DNA from: Lingula anatina
Lineage: Eukaryota > Animalia > Brachiopoda
Length of the DNA: 64,000 nt
Direction of reading: 5' to 3'
NCBI GenBank assembly: GCA_051362555.1
Contig: CM120644.1
Span: 17,444,534 to 17,508,533 of the forward strand
This document shows, in pieces, positions 10,780 to 37,638 of this stretch; position 1 is the stretch's first letter; the number at the start of each line of letters is the position of its first letter. Position numbers and translations under genes: made by a program. The notes under the pieces are model-generated. The model did no database searches, had not been told where the DNA came from, and saw only the letters and a program-made list of their open reading frames with translations.

Positions 10780-13700
10780 AACAAGGCAGCAAAGCTGTCA
10801 AATGTACAGACAAAAAACAGAAAAAAAAAGATGCAAAATAGGTCATTATGTCAATTTTGATGCAATAATAAATGCTTATAATAGCACAGTCAGTCAACAC
10901 TGATTTTTAATCATGCACAACAGGTAACATGGTCAATAACAGGAGCAGATTCAGAGATATTTTCTGACAGTATTCCAAAGTATCTTTGTTGATCCATCCT
11001 CCATTTTGATAGTCTTCCAACAGAAACCCGTTAATATAAACTGTAAAATCTGACTGTCTTCCAGGAGACCCAGAAGATGGTCTTAATCCACCCTTTCAAT
11101 AAGATTACAATGTCAGGACCATGAGAGTTAAAATTCCCATGATGAAAGTCCCTATATATGAAAAATGATGACAGTGCATAAAATAATATTACATCGTGTT
11201 TAAAGACATAAATACCAATACAGCTGCTTATGTGGAAATACTGAAAATGTGCACAGCCTCAGGTGGATGGGAGTTAAAAATCACATCTTAAAAATGCCAG
11301 TGTTGGAGAAAAAATTAAATAGAAACAACAAAAATATAATTCTAATGAAGCTGTTATTCACTGCTTCCTTATTATGGACACTATGTTATCTAGCAGAGAG
11401 CTTAACAGGGAAATATCAACAAGTGTGCTTTATGAAATTTCAATTAATGGCTACTTAATTAGGTAAATGAGTTTAAAGCACTGAAATTAGCCTTGTGAAT
11501 ACCCAAGGGGAATTAACAGACTGACCACACAAATTTGTCTATCAAAGGTCTTCAGGCCCATAAGTCACACCTTAAGAAAAGCAGAAAACAATAATGCACA
11601 AAAACAGGAGACTGCCCAATTCTGATGCAATAATACATTATGTTTAACTGCACAGTCAACATAAAATTTTAATTATGCACAACAGGTAATGCTGATGAAA
11701 GTAAAAGCATAAGGCTCCAGGCCCATCAGAGTTCAAGTTTTCAATTAGAAAGTGCCAGAATGAGAAAAATGAAAATTTCACAAAAAATGCATAAATTTAA
11801 TAAAAATGATGACCCAATTGACCTGGCTTTCTAATTTGAACTGCATGCCAATCCTAAAAATCGTACTTATAAGTTAAATATAATAATAAGTAACAGTTTT
11901 CTTTTCATAATGTTTGCAGTAGCAGTGCAAAAAGATTATTGTCAATTTTGATGTAACATTACATAATAAATTATAGAATAATTATCACCAATTTTTGATT
12001 ATTGACTATAAATAGCATGGACATGTAGAAAATTTGATTACCATTAGGCTTCATGTCCATGGGAGCTCTGAGTCCCACAATGAATATGCCAAAAAGATAA
12101 TGAATATTTCATTAAGTGTATAACTTCCAGAAAAAGAAGCCAATTAGACTGCTTTTCCAACTCGGGCTGCATTTTAGTCCTGTGTTTCTTTTTTGAAAGT
12201 TTGACAGTAATAAGTAACACCGTTTTCCCATAATGGTCATCATGGCAGCAGCACCAAATATTGTGTTTTCTTCTATTTTGATGCAACATTACATAATGCT
12301 TAACAGCATAATGACCATCAATTTTAAATGATAAAATATACGTGTCATGGATTTTCAGAAAATGTGACTAGCAAGGGTCTTCAAGCCCGTGGAGGTTCTA
12401 AGTCGCACCTTGAAAATGTCAATAAGTGAAAAATTTTCACAAAAAACTGTTAAATTGCCAGAAAAATTTACCAAACAGACTGCATTGCCTACTGAGGCTG
12501 TATGTTAGACCCATGTTTCTTTCTTGTAAGTTTGAGAACAGCAAGTGACATGTTTTCCCTTAAATGGTCATCATAGGAGCAGTGCCCTAAATAGGGGTTT
12601 CTTCAAATTTTGATGCAACGTTACATAATGTTTAACAGCATAATAACCATCAAATGTTATTAATAAAATATTAGTAACATGGACATTCAGAAAACATGAC
12701 AAGCAAAGGTCTTCAGGCCCATGGAACTTCAAAGTCACATCTTGAAAATGCCAAAATGTAAACAAGACAGCACTGTCCTGAAATGGGTTTATTTCCATTT
12801 TTAACACTTTTTTAACATAAAACAAAATAAACATTTTACTGCCATTTTTATATGACCAACTAAGAAAATTGATGAGATGGGAAAAGTATCAATAGAACAG
12901 TGTTAAATGTCCAATTTCCTCCATTCTGAGATTCTGAACATAGTGGATGATTGAATCTGACAAACTGCAATGATATGAGTTTATTTCCATTTTTGACACT
13001 TTATTACACAATACATGATAACAAGTTTACCATGTTTTTTTACATAATCAACTAACAATGTTGTAAAGATGCAGGAAATATCAAACAAACACTTTTACGC
13101 ATCTAATTAGTTCAATAATGAGACTGTTAACATGCCTAATAATTGAATCTGAGGAAATGTGAAAAAACACTATAACTTCTAAAATAATGGCCCGATTATG
13201 CTGATTTTCGAACTCAACCTGCAATTTAGTAAGATTGACCACTCCTGTGAATAGAATGCCAATTGGCCAATCCGTTTTTCTTATATTGTGTTATCAGTGT
13301 TGCATTTATATTGAAAAGTGAAAAAACAGCATAAATTCCCTAAAAATGGCCCAATCATGCTGATTTTCGAACTTGACCTGCATATAAAGAATTTTCATCA
13401 GTTCTGTAAGTTTCAAGCCAAAAGGTAAAATGGTTTTCCACTTACTGTGTTATCGGTGCTGCATATATGCTGAAAAAGTGAAAAAAACAGCATAAATTCC
13501 CTAAAAATGGCCCAATCATGCCGATTTTCGAACTTGACCTGCATATTATGAATATTCATCAGTTCTGTAAGTTTCAAGTCAAAAGGTACAATGGTTTTCC
13601 ACTTATCGTGTTATCGGTGCTGCATATATGTTGAAAAAAGTGAAAAAACAGCATAAATTCCCTAAGAGTGACCCGATCATGCTGATTTTCGAACTTGACC

Positions 13701-13868
13701 TGCGTATTATGAATATTCATCAGTTCTGCAAGTTTCAAATCAAAAGGCAAAATGGTTTTCCACTTATCGTGTTATCGGTAAAAGTGCACGGCGACGGCGA
13801 CGGCAACGACGGCGACGACAGACGCAGATGATGGCTATATGTACAGACACATCTGTGTCTGTACATAA
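10780..13868 (-). mobile_element. Helentron-associated non-autonomous element (HINE/DINE-1-like), copy 1
   Basis: One end AACAAGGCAGCAAAGCTGTCAAATGTACAGACA (short stem-loop plus subterminal repeat). Other end has the perfect hairpin ATGTACAGACAC-ATCT-GTGTCTGTACAT beside a (GGCGAC)n microsatellite. ~161-bp tandem array at ~13170-13780. A/T-rich insertion site, no TSD. Confidence 0.85.
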
Positions 13869-16090
13869 TAATGACAAATTTAATTTTGCCACACAGAGGG
13901 AGTGCCGATTTGTAACTTTTAGTATATATATATGTAGCCGTATGAATGTATTTTCTTCACTCGTGTTCGTCTTTTGTTTTGTCACGTGGGCGTCATCTTA
14001 CTTTCTCATTCCCATTGGTCATCTTTCCCGCCTTTCGTCGCTTATAAATATCGTCGCCGCCTTTTTCTGTCATTCTTCTTTGCTCATCGCTCTTTATATT
14101 ATCATTATTATTATTATGCTTATTATATATTAAGATTATAGCTATTAATAACATTATTATGATGATCGCACATTCTTCTTTGCTCATCGCTCTTTATATA
14201 TTTACAGCAAGATGGTATGGAATAAATAAGAACATGGACATTCTCTTATTATGTCCATGATAAGAACAAAGAAAAGTAGACTTTGTTGTGAACCGTTGCA
14301 TATATATATATATTCTTACATTGTATTATTTGCAATTTATTTCCCTATGTGCTTTATTGACTGAATAGAACAAGCACAAGCATCGATTGTAAAGAGTAAA
14401 TGATATAAAAGTCAAATATATTGTTTAAAACATCTGTTATTTACCAGCACTTGATTAATTAGACTGTATACATAAGTGGTCTTAATATAGTTTAAAATAG
14501 AAAATACAGACATTTGATGTGCATATACTTAATACAATTCAATATGAAGTAGGTATTTTCGAAAATACTGCTCCTTTCTGGAGCCAGAGAGAAACGAGAC
14601 TCCTAAAAATTCTAATATTTAGTTCATATTAATTCAAAATTCTCAAGGAACATTAACTTTTAAAAATACTTGCAAAATGTTATAAAAATAAGTTTGTTAA
14701 ATATAAATTTGTTGTTCAGTTCTGATACTACCCAGTATAATTAATATTTTAATATCTCAAACTTAAATCAGAAAATTTACCAGAAAAAAAACTGATAAAA
14801 TACTTAATGCTGATCATTTTCTATTCTCTGTGATAAACTCAAGCCTTTGAAACATTGCACTACATTTTTTCAAAACTCAACTTTGATACTTCCAATAACT
14901 AGAATAATGTCTTTAAAATAACCGAAAGAGCAGAGTTTAGATCTTGAAGTCGATTGATAAAAATGCATGTCCATTTTTTCCTGTCTATAACAGTGATCAA
15001 TTATCAATATTTTTAAAAACCTAATCAATGTTTTTTCATTTCTTAAGTGATAATTTTAGACTTGCACAAATGGATATTGAACTAAACTTTTGAAAAATAA
15101 AACTTTAAAAATCAAAATAGTCCATAATGCAAAATGAATACCATTAAATGCCCATATATAGAAAGTACATATAAGTGGAGCTATTATATGTTATAGTTAG
15201 TTTAATACTATACCTCTACCCTGTGGCGTTTATTCTGTATATATGAGAGTATGAGAATTTTTTTCCACTTTTATCCAAATATCATTAAACTGTCCATAAT
15301 TAAATCTTCTGTGATTAATCTTAGGCTACTGGATGCTGTCTGTAAACATTTTAATTATTGACTGCTTTATTACTGTATAATACTAAGAGATATAAACTGA
15401 TGATAGCAAATTGAGCACGTTTGGCAGTATAAACCAAATACTGAATGCCTTAAAAATTAAAAAAAAAAGCTCTTAAAGTCATCATCCTGAGTTGGTTATA
15501 TTAGTACCTCATCCTTTTCCCCATGTTTCTTCACCTATCAATCACTTGAGGTAAGCAGTAAATATTGCTTGATAAAAGGCGCAAAAGCAGTCTTTAAGTG
15601 GCAGTAACAAACATTGCTTGTGAAGTCTGTGATATATAAAACTTAGCTTCTGGCGTGAGGCAATTTACCCATACACTTTGGTCATGGACCAGTTACGTAA
15701 GAAATAAGGATTTCCATTGATACTAAATGCTCCTGTTGGACTTCTGGAAATTTTGGCAGTTGCAATTATTTTTTTACCATTATCTAAAATTATAAACTTT
15801 CATCTTTGAAATCAGAGATATCAATTCCGATTTGTAGTAGTAGATTTGCGGCCTTAACCACCCAGTGACCAGAGGGCTGAAATGTTTAAGGTCTTTTCTT
15901 CTCTTGGATTACGATAAAATTGTTATGAATTATTCAAATCCTCAGCTACAGTTAAATGAAATAAATGGTTAATTGTTTTTTTTTAACTATTTTTTTCAAC
16001 AAAGTGTGTGTGAATGAGGATTTTAAGTCCCTTTCATTTCAGTGAACTGGTACAGATTTCAATTATACTGAATCACAGTAGGAAGACTAA

Positions 16091-19000
16091 AACAAGGCAG
16101 CAAAGCTGTCAAATGTACAGACAAAAAACAGAAAAAAAAAAGATGCAAAATAGGTCATTTTGTCAATTTTGATGCAATAATAAATAATGCTTATAATAGC
16201 ACAGTCAGTCAACACTGATTTTTAATCATGCACAACAGGTAAAATGGTCAATAACAGGAGCAGATCAAGAGATATTTTCTGACAGTATTCCAAGGTATCT
16301 TTGTGGATCCATCCTCCATTTTGATGGTCTTCCAACAGAAACCCGTTAATATAAACTTTAAAGTCTGACTGTCTTCCAGGAGACCCGGAAGATGGTCTCA
16401 ATCCACCCCTTCAATAAGATTACAGTTTCAGGACCATGAGAGTTAAAATTCACATGATGAAAGTCCCAATATATGAAAAATGATGACAGTGCATAAAATA
16501 ATATTACAGTGTGTTTAAAGAAATAAATACCAATACAACTGCTTATGTGGAAATACTGAAAATGTGCAGAGCCTCAGGTGGATGGGAGTTAAAAGTCACA
16601 TCTTAAAAATGCCAGTGTTGGAGAAAAAATTTAAAAGAAAACAACAGAAATATAATCCCAATGAAGCTGCTATTCCCTGCTTCCTTATTATGGACACTAT
16701 GTTATCTAGCAGAGAGCTTAACCTTTGGGAGTTTACAGGGAAATATCAACAAGTGTGCTTTACGAAATTTCATTTAATGGACAATTAATTAGGCAAATGA
16801 GTTTATAACACTGAACTTAGCCTAGTGAATACCCAAAGGGAATTTACAGACTGACCACACAAATTTGTCATCAAAGGTCTTCAGGCCCATAAGTCACACC
16901 TTAAGAAAAGCAGAAAACAATAATGCACAAAAACAGGAGACTGCCAATTCTGATGCAATAATACATTATGTTTAACTGCACAGTCAACATCAAATTTTAA
17001 TTATGCACAACAGGTAACACTGATGAAAGTAAAAGCATAAGGCTTCAGGCCCATCAGAGTTCAAGTTTACAATAAGAAAGTGCCAGAATGAGAAAAATGA
17101 AAATTTCAAAAATGCATAAATTTAATAAAAATACAGAAAATGCACAGCACTTCTGGTGGATGGGAGTATAAAATCACATCTTGAAGATGCTAGTGTTTGA
17201 AAAATAATTTTAAAAAATTTTTAAATAAAACGTAAAAAATTCCAATAAAGCTGCTATTCAAACTTTTAATCTAGCTGTATTAACTTGATATTAATAACCC
17301 CACCAAGTTTGAGAAAAATAAAGCACTGTTATGCATCTATAGCATGTTGGCATAACACATTCTTTTTGTTGTAAATTATTTGCAATGTTAAACACCATTT
17401 ATCTGCACAATTATCACCAAATCCTAATTTTGTGACACAGTTAAGAGAGCTAAACCTATGGGACTTTACAGGGAAATATCAAGGAGTGTTTTATGTAATC
17501 TCATTTAATGGCCAATTGAAAATTAATGAGTAGGCAAGTGACTTTATAGACCTTAATTTAATTAGGGATCACCCAAGGGACAATTTTAAAGACTGCTATC
17601 CATACAGTACCATCATATAGCACAAAGGTGTTGCATACATGCTGAAAAAAGTGAAAAAACAGCATTACTTCCCTAAAAATGACCCGATCATGCTGATTTT
17701 CAAACCTGACCTGCGTATTATGAATATTCATTAATTCTGCAAGTTTCAAACCAAAAGGTTAAATGGTTTTCCACTTATCATGTTATCAGTGTTGCATATA
17801 TGCTGAAAAAAGTGAAAAACAGCATAACTTCCCTAAAAATGACCCAATCATACTGATTTTCAAACTTGACCTGCATATTATAAATATTCATCAGTTCTGC
17901 AAGTTTCAAACCAAAAGGTTAAATGGTTTTCCACTTATCGTGTTAGCGGTGCTGCATATATGCTGATAAAAGTGAAAAAACAGCATAACTACCCTAAAAA
18001 TGACCCGATCATGCTGATTTTCGAACTTGACCTGGGTAATATGAATATTCATAAGTTCTGCAAGTTTCAAGCCAAAAGGTAAAATGATTTTTCACTTATC
18101 ATGTTATCAGTGTTGCATATATGGTGAAAAAAGTGAAAAACAGCATAACTTCCCTAAAAAATGACCCGATCATGCTGATTTTCGAACTTGACCTGCGTAT
18201 TATGAATATTCATCAGTTTTGTAAGTTTCAAGGGAAAAGGTAAAATGGTTTTCCACTTATCGTGTTATCGGTGCTGCATATATGCTGAAACAAGACAGCA
18301 CTGTTCTGCAATGGGTTTATTTCCATTTTTAAAACACTTTTTTAACATAAAAAAAATAAACAGTTTTCTACCATTTGTATATGATCAACTAAGAAAATTG
18401 ATGAGATGGGAAAAATATCAATAGAATAGTGTTAAATGTCCAATTTCCTCCATTCTGAGATAATGAATATAGTAGATGATTGAATCTGACAAACTGCAAT
18501 GATATTTGTTTATTTCCATTTTTGACACTTTATAACATAATACACAATAACAAGTTTACCATCATTTTTACATAATCAACTAACAATGTTATTAAGATGC
18601 AGGAAATGTCAAACAAACACTTTTACGTATCTTATTAGTTCAATAATGAGACTGTTAACATGCCTAACAATTGAATCTGAGGAAATAAGAAAAAACAGCA
18701 TAACTTCTAAAAGAATGGCCCGATTATGCTGATTTTGGAACTCAACCTGCGTTTTAGTTAGTTTGACTACTCCTGTGAGTATAATGACAATTGGCCTATC
18801 TGTTTTTCTTATATTGTGTTATTAGCGTTGCATATATGTTGAAAGAAGTGAAAAAACAGCATAACTTCCCTAAAAATGGCCCGATCATGATTTTCGAACT
18901 TTACCTGCGTATTATGAATATTCATCAGTTCTGTAAGTTTCAAGCCAAAAGGTAAAATGGTTTTCCATTTATGGTGTTATCGGTGCTGCATATATGCTGA

Positions 19001-19559
19001 AAAAAGAGAAAAAATAGCCTAAATTCACTAAAAATGACCCAATCACGCTGATTTTCGAACTTGACCTGCGTATTATAAATATTCATCAGATCTGTAAGTT
19101 TCAAGCCAAAAAGTAAAATGGTTTTCCACTTATTGTGTTATCGGTGCTGTATATATGCTGAAAAAAGTGAAAAAACAGCATAAATTCCCTATAAGTGACC
19201 CGATCATGCTGATTTTCGAACTTGACCTGCGTATTATGAATATTCATCAGTTCTGTAAGTTTCAAGCCAAAAGGTAAAATGGTTTTCCACTTATCGTGTT
19301 ATCGGTGCTGCATATATGCTGAAAAAAGTGAAAAAACAGCATAAATTCCTTATAAGTGACCCGATCATGCTGATTTTCGAACTTGACCTGCGTATTATGA
19401 ATATTCATCAGTTCCGTAAGTTTCAAGCCAAAAGAAAAAACAGTTTTCCACTTATCGTGTTATCGGTAAAAGTGCACGGCGACGGCGACGGCGGCGGCGA
19501 CGGCGACGACAGACGCAGATGATGGCTATATGTACAGACACATCTGTGTCTGTACATAA
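16091..19559 (-). mobile_element. HINE copy 2, about 210 bp downstream of the NRAMP stop codon
   Basis: Same termini as copy 1, with two separate ~161-bp arrays (~17630-18290 and ~18690-19470). Confidence 0.85.
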
Positions 19560-19770
19560 AAACTCTTAAAAGTATTACAACAATTTTGATTAATTTAAAA
19601 GGACCATATTCAGAGACAACGCTCCATTTGAGACCATTCCATCTTCAAATTATTGGACATCTCCCAACAATATGATGACCCAAAGGACAGTCATAACACT
19701 TAAACTGTGTACTGAATTTTTAAGTAACAATATCTAGGATTAACAAAAAAAACCATTATTTCTGGCTCTG

Positions 19771-31188
<11,418 letters not shown>

Positions 31189-32751
31189 CGGAACATCTCC
31201 TGAATAAGTTGAAACATTTATGATCTCTGTGTCTGATAAAATACTCATTTTTTTTTCAGTTGAATACTCCTCTACAGCTGACATTACATCCTTTAGTCTA
31301 GTCAAATAACATTTACTGACATAATTCCTCTTCTTTAGCAAAACATCAAGTTTTATGCAAATGGAACTACTTATATATGTTAATTTGCTTTGCATAATAT
31401 CCCACACCCTGAGAATCAAGGCATCTTAAATATATGCACTAGAGGCAGGTTGACCTTACTTGGAACAGGTCATCTCAGAGAGCTGTGTATATAATTACTA
31501 GCACCAGTATGTTTAGCTCACAAAAGGAATTTACCAATCTAACACAAGTTACAACTAGAACATTTGCAGTGGGACGTGGGATATGAGAGGAATTCAAATG
31601 CCCCCTATGGTGAGCTAACCATAACCAGACAACCTCCTGACATGGGTTATATCAAGTTGGGGGTACCCAACTTGAATAGAAACACAATGAATGATACTAA
31701 GACTGGGTTCCCATACCTAGATTGATCTAACAGGATCGATCCACCTCCATGGAGTTTTTCGTTAAATTGCTTCCACCTTAAGCAGCTTAAGTGTCTGACA
31801 TGCCTACTGAAGCTGCTTAACAATAGTTGATCACCCCCTAACAGCTTCAGTATATGCATGCCAGACATCTAAGCACCTGAAGCTGACTGCAATTTAATGA
31901 GAATCCCCTTGGAGATTGATTAGTAGGATAAGGTCTGGGAATGGTCCCTAAACTATCTACTAGTACATGTATTGACCAAGGTTAAATATTCTACCATAAT
32001 ATATTCAGGTTACATACTAGAGATGTTCTGATAAACTGACACTGGTGTCACACATGCAGATTCTTGCTAAATTTAGAGTACTTTTAAGTTAGAAGTTGTG
32101 CATTCTAGCAGAAAACTAATTGCATTTATACATCATCTATTTTCCAATGACAAATTAGGTCACAAATGGTGTTACAATGCTATAAACTTTTCTTTGCCAA
32201 AGTGTGTGTGTGTGTGTGTGTGCATGCGTGTGTACGTCAAGCACTTGGCTATAATCAATTATGCTGGTGTAATTCTGAAACCCCTGCTCTGAAGATGGTG
32301 TTTTACTCATATTTCGCCATAAAGACATAAATCACTCTATTTCAGCACATGTTACACCACACTTGGAACTGCTCGAAGAACAAATTTTGGCTGGCTCTCA
32401 CAACTATGTATTGAATGAAAAGGCTAAAATATTAAAGCTCATTTTAACTGATATATAGATTTGATGTGAAATGACAAATAATCCCAACTTTAACAGAACT
32501 TCAACTTCTCCAATTAGCTATTGCAAGCCCAGTGTGACAGAGACTTTACTAACATTCTACCTAAGTCTCCTGCTATTTTCCCCCATGTGTCACTCTCCAG
32601 TGTAATATTAAATTAACCTGGTCGATTTCTTCAACAGAAGTATGCATATTCTACTGATTTTACTTTCCATTCAGTATGTATTTTTAAATATCAAATATTG
32701 ATTTCTTTAAAAAAGTGTTAAGTATTTTAAGCTTATCAATAATAATACTCA

Positions 32752-32761
32752 TTTGATGATG

Positions 32762-32823
<62 letters not shown>

Positions 32824-32866
32824 TGTTATTATTATTATTATTATTATTATTAATAATAATAATAAT
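32752..32866. repeat. (AAT)n/(ATT)n microsatellite with a strand switch
   Basis: Directly visible (AAT)n followed by (ATT)n and then (AAT)n. Confidence 0.9.
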
Positions 32867-33257
32867 ATCTATGTGTTGGTTACAATTAAATTTTGAAAAT
32901 CTTTACAAAATTTTCGACCTATTGAAACCAAATGGATCCAAACAAATTGACTATCATTCTAATATTTCATGCAGTAATGATTTTGAAGCTAATCCATTAT
33001 AGATTGATGCAACAGATTTCCTTTCAATAATGAAAATATCAAGCTCAAAAATAAACTCATTATGGTTGGTCTGAATAGTTTCTGTACTTAAGGTGCATTT
33101 CAATATGTGACATAAACATATTAAAGTATAACAATAAATAGTAACAGAAATGAAAAGAATACTAGTGAATGTTTTGTATTTTTCTGTTTTTTTGTTTTTT
33201 TTAAATTTTTGCTATAAATGTAGTAATGCGGAAAGGATGGCCAGAAAATGTAAAATT

Positions 33258-34147
33258 AACAAGGCAGCAAAGCTGTCAAATGTACAGACAAAAAACAGGA
33301 AATAACTATGCACAAAATAGGCTACTGTCAATTCTGATGCAAAAGTATATTATGTTAAACTGCAAATTATACATCAAATTTTAATGATTGAATCTGACAA
33401 ACTGCAATGATATGAGTTTATTTCCATTTTAAAAGTTTATTACACAATACACGATAATAAGTTTACCATCATTTTTACATAATCAACTAATAATGTTGTA
33501 AAGATGCAGGAAATGCCAAACAAACACTTTTACGTATCTTATTAATTAAATAATGAAACTGTAAACATGCCTAAGAATTAAATCTGAGGAAATGTGAAAA
33601 AACGGCATTTCTTTAATGGTCCAATTATGCTGATTTTTTAACTCAACCTGCACTTTAGCAGGAATGACCACTCCTGTGAGTTTAATGACAATTGGCCTAT
33701 CTGTTTTTCTTATATTGTGTTTACAGTGTTGCATATATGCTGAAAAGTGAAAAAAAAAAAAGCATAACTACTAAAATAGTGGCCCGATCATGCCGATTTT
33801 CGAACTTGACCTGCGTTATAATAAGATTGATTTCTCCTGTGAGTTTCATGACAACAGGCCTATCAGTTTTCCTTTAAATGTGTTTACAGTGTTGCATATA
33901 TGCTGAAAAGTGAAAAAACAGCATAACTTCTACAAAAATGGCCCGATCATGCTGATTTTCGAACTTGACCTGCGTTTTATGAATATTCATCAGCTCTGTA
34001 AATATAAAGCCAAAAAGTAAAACTGTCCTCCACTTATCGTGTTTACAAGGAAAGTGCACGGCATCGGCGACGGCATCGGCATCGGCATCGGCGACGACAG
34101 ACGCAGGTGATGGCAATATGTACAGACACATCTGTGTCTGTACATAA
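33258..34147 (-). mobile_element. HINE copy 4 (short, internally deleted)
   Basis: Both diagnostic termini present. Microsatellite variant (GGCATC)n. Confidence 0.8.
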
Positions 34148-34262
34148 TAAAAATAAAATACACTGCTGCAAACACTGCTGGTAGATGATGATATACATTA
34201 ATTATTAACTGTTACAAATTTCATAATAAAATTAGTCAAGCAGCCACCATAGTGCAAAAAGA

Positions 34263-36711
34263 AAACAAGTCAGCAAAGCTGTCAAATGTACAGACAAAAA
34301 AACAGGCAATAACTATGCAGAAAATAGGCTACTGTCAATTCTGATGCAAAAGTAAATTATGTTAAACTGCAAATTCAACATCAAATTTAAATTATGCTCA
34401 ACAGGTAATACCAATGTAAGTAAAATGTGTAACAAGTTAACACTTTGAAAATGTTTAACCTCCAGAAAAAGAAGCCAATTAGACTGCTTTTCAAACTCAG
34501 GCTGCATTTTAGTCCTGTATTTCTTTTTAGAAAGTTAGGCAATCATAAGTAACATGGTTTTCCCATAATGGTCCTCATGGCAGCAGCACGTTTTTTTCAA
34601 ATTTTGATGCAATATTACATAATGTTTAACAGCATAATGACCATCAATTTTAATAATAAAATATTAGTATTATGGATATTCAGAAAATGTGACTAGCAAA
34701 GGTCTTCAGGCCCATGGAACTTCAAAGTCACAACAACAAAAAAAGCATAACTACTACAATAGTTGCCCCGATCATGCTGATTTTCGAACATGACCTGCGT
34801 TTTATGAATATTCATCAGCTTTGTAAATATATAGCCCAAAAGTAAAACTGCCTTCCACTTATCGTGTTTACAATGAAAGTGCATGGCGTCAGCGACAGTG
34901 ACGGCGACGACAGACGCAGGTGATGGCAATATGTACAGACACATCTGTGCATATTTACTGTATTGTTTGAGAACAGTAAGTGACATGGTTTTTCTTAAAT
35001 GGTCATTATGGGAGCAGTGCCCAAAATAGGTTTTTTTCAAATTTTGATGCAATATTACATAATGTTTAACAGCATAATGACCATCAATTTTTAATAATAA
35101 AATATTAGTATCATGGATATTCAGAAAATGTGACTAGCAAAGGTCTTCAGGCCCATGGAACTTCAAAGTCACAACTTGAAAATGCCAAAATGTAAACAAG
35201 ACAGCACTGTTCTGAAATGGGTTTTTTTTTTTTTATTTTTAACAATTTTTTGAACATAAAACAAAATTAACAGGTTACTGCCATTTTTATACGATCAACT
35301 AAGAAAATTGATGACATGGGAAAAATATCAATACAACAGTGCTGAATGTCCAATTTCCTCCATTCTGAGATTCTGAACATAGTGAATGATTGAATCTGAC
35401 AAACTGCAATGATATGAGTTTATTTCCATTTTTGAAACTTTATTACACAATACACGATAACAAGCTTACCATCATTTTTACAAAATCAACTAATAATGTT
35501 GTAAAGATGCAGGAAATGTCAACCAAACACTTTTACATATCTTATTAGTTCAATAATGAGACTGTTAACATGCCTAAGAGTTGAATCTGAGGAAATGTGA
35601 AAAAACAGCATAACTTCTAAAATAATGCCCCGATTATGCCGATTTTCGAACTCAACCTACATTTTAGTAAGACTGACCACTCCTGTGAGTTTAATGACAA
35701 TTGGCCTATCTGTTTTTCTTATATTGTGTTTACAGTGTTGCATATATGCTGAAAAATGAACAAGACAGCACTGTTCTGAAATGGGTTTATTTCCAATTTT
35801 AACACTATTTAAACATAAAACAAAATAAACAGTTTACTGCAATTTTTATATGATCAACTAAGAAAATTGATGAGATGGGGAAAATATCAAAAGAACAGTG
35901 TTAAATGTCCATTTTCCTCCATTCTGAGATTCTGAACAAAGTGAATGATTGAATCTGACAAACTGCAATGATATGAGTTTATTTCCATTTTTGACACTTT
36001 ATTACACAATACATGATAACAAGTTTACCATCATTTTTACATAATCAACTAACAATGTTGTAAACATGCAGGAAATGTCAAACAAACACTTTTATGTATC
36101 TTATTAGTTCAATAATGAGACTGTTAATATGCCTAAGAGTTGAATTTGAGGAAATGTGAAAAAACAGCATAACTTCTAAAATAATGGCCCAATTATGCTG
36201 ATTTTCGAACTCAACCTGTGTTTTAGTAAGATTGCCCACTCCTGTGAGTTTAATGACAATTGGCCTATCTGTTTTTCTTATATTGTGTTTACAGTGTTGC
36301 ATATATGCTGAAAAATGAAAAAACAGCATAACTACTAAAATAGTGGCCCGATCATGCCGATTTATGAACTTGACCCGCGTTTTAGTAAGATTGATTACTC
36401 CTGTGAGTTTCATGACAACAGGCCTAACGGATTTCCTTAAAATGTGTTTACAGGGTTGCATATATGCTGAAAAAAGAAAAAACAGCATAACTTCTACAAT
36501 AATGGCCCTATCATGCTGATTTTCGAACTTGACCTGCGTTTTATGAATATTCATCAGCTCTGTAAATATAAAGCCAAAAAGTAAAACTGTCCTCCACTTA
36601 TCGTGTTTACAAGGAAAGTGCACGGCATCGGCGACGGCATCGGCATCGGCATCGGCGACGACAGACGCAGGTGATGGCAATATGTACAGACACATCTGTG
36701 TCTGTACATAA
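34263..36711 (-). mobile_element. HINE copy 5 (mosaic, with an extra internal terminal module at ~34740-34950)
   Basis: AACAAGTCAGCAAAGCTGTCAAATGTACAGACA at one end and the hairpin ATGTACAGACACATCTGTGTCTGTACAT at the other. Internal ~570-bp duplication (35195-35760 / 35760-36320). Confidence 0.8.
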
Positions 36712-37249
36712 AAATAGTGATTTCACATATATATCATGTAATGATTATCATTTGTATATTTTTATTAACATGAAGTAATTTCAGAATTAAACATGTCTTT
36801 GACACATTATTTACAGTGAGATTTCAGTGACACTAGTTCTGTGTGAACAGTGCCTTTCATGCAGTAACAAGAATATCATTGTGCAAAATTATATTAGGTG
36901 CAAAGTTCCTAGAAAAAGTAAGTTACAACCCTTTGGGAATACAAACCATGTTATCATGCACTTGGGGTTTATATGGATACTAGTACACACTGTTAAAATG
37001 ACAAAGACACAAAAAGAAAGAGAACAGAGAAAACTTTGAAGAACCCTTAGAGCTTATCTCCATGAAGTACACTGTCGACCCTTAATTCGACAAACATACA
37101 CACACATTTATAAACTAATTATAACTTACAACAATAAATTGCTTCCAGAATTTAAACCTTAAATATTCCATGTTAATAATGATTTAAACACATGCAGGTT
37201 AGACTGTTGAGCACCCAACATGCAAATACATATAGATATATGTACTCAC

Positions 37250-37276
37250 CTGATTTTTTTATTTCTTCCACAATCC
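37250..37276 (-). other. Candidate 27-nt upstream micro-exon of NRAMP
   Basis: ttag|GGATTGTGGAAGAAATAAAAAAATCAG|gtgagt. Open and in phase with the next exon (xIVEEIKKSG-DVPMYD). Splice signals are the only support. Confidence 0.4.
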
Positions 37277-37638
37277 CTAACAGACATGATACAAAAAGTT
37301 TTAGATGATACACATTTTGTTATGTTATTCAGTATATACCATATATCATTATTAATTATAGTAAACTTATGCTCTGTGAAAATTTTAGTAGCTTACATAA
37401 GAAGCCTTTGATACTTGAATACTACATATATGTAGAAAGTGAATCAATACCATATTTTGATAATTAAAATATAATGTATGGTAAATGCTGGTGATTGTTT
37501 TCCTATGTAACATTGGCTGGGGAAGCTACTCTGGCCAAATTTGTATATCAGCACTGGTGTGTGACTGGTCAGTCAAACTGACCCCTATGGGCAGCCCATT
37601 AGACCCCACTGGCCAGCCAAACTGACCCACTTAGACAG

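Noticed and set aside
36078-36695. 205-aa minus-strand ORF and similar ORFs at 13628, 19316, 27732 and 33874
   Set aside because: Translations of the ~161-bp HINE arrays and microsatellite. Frames are not conserved between copies.
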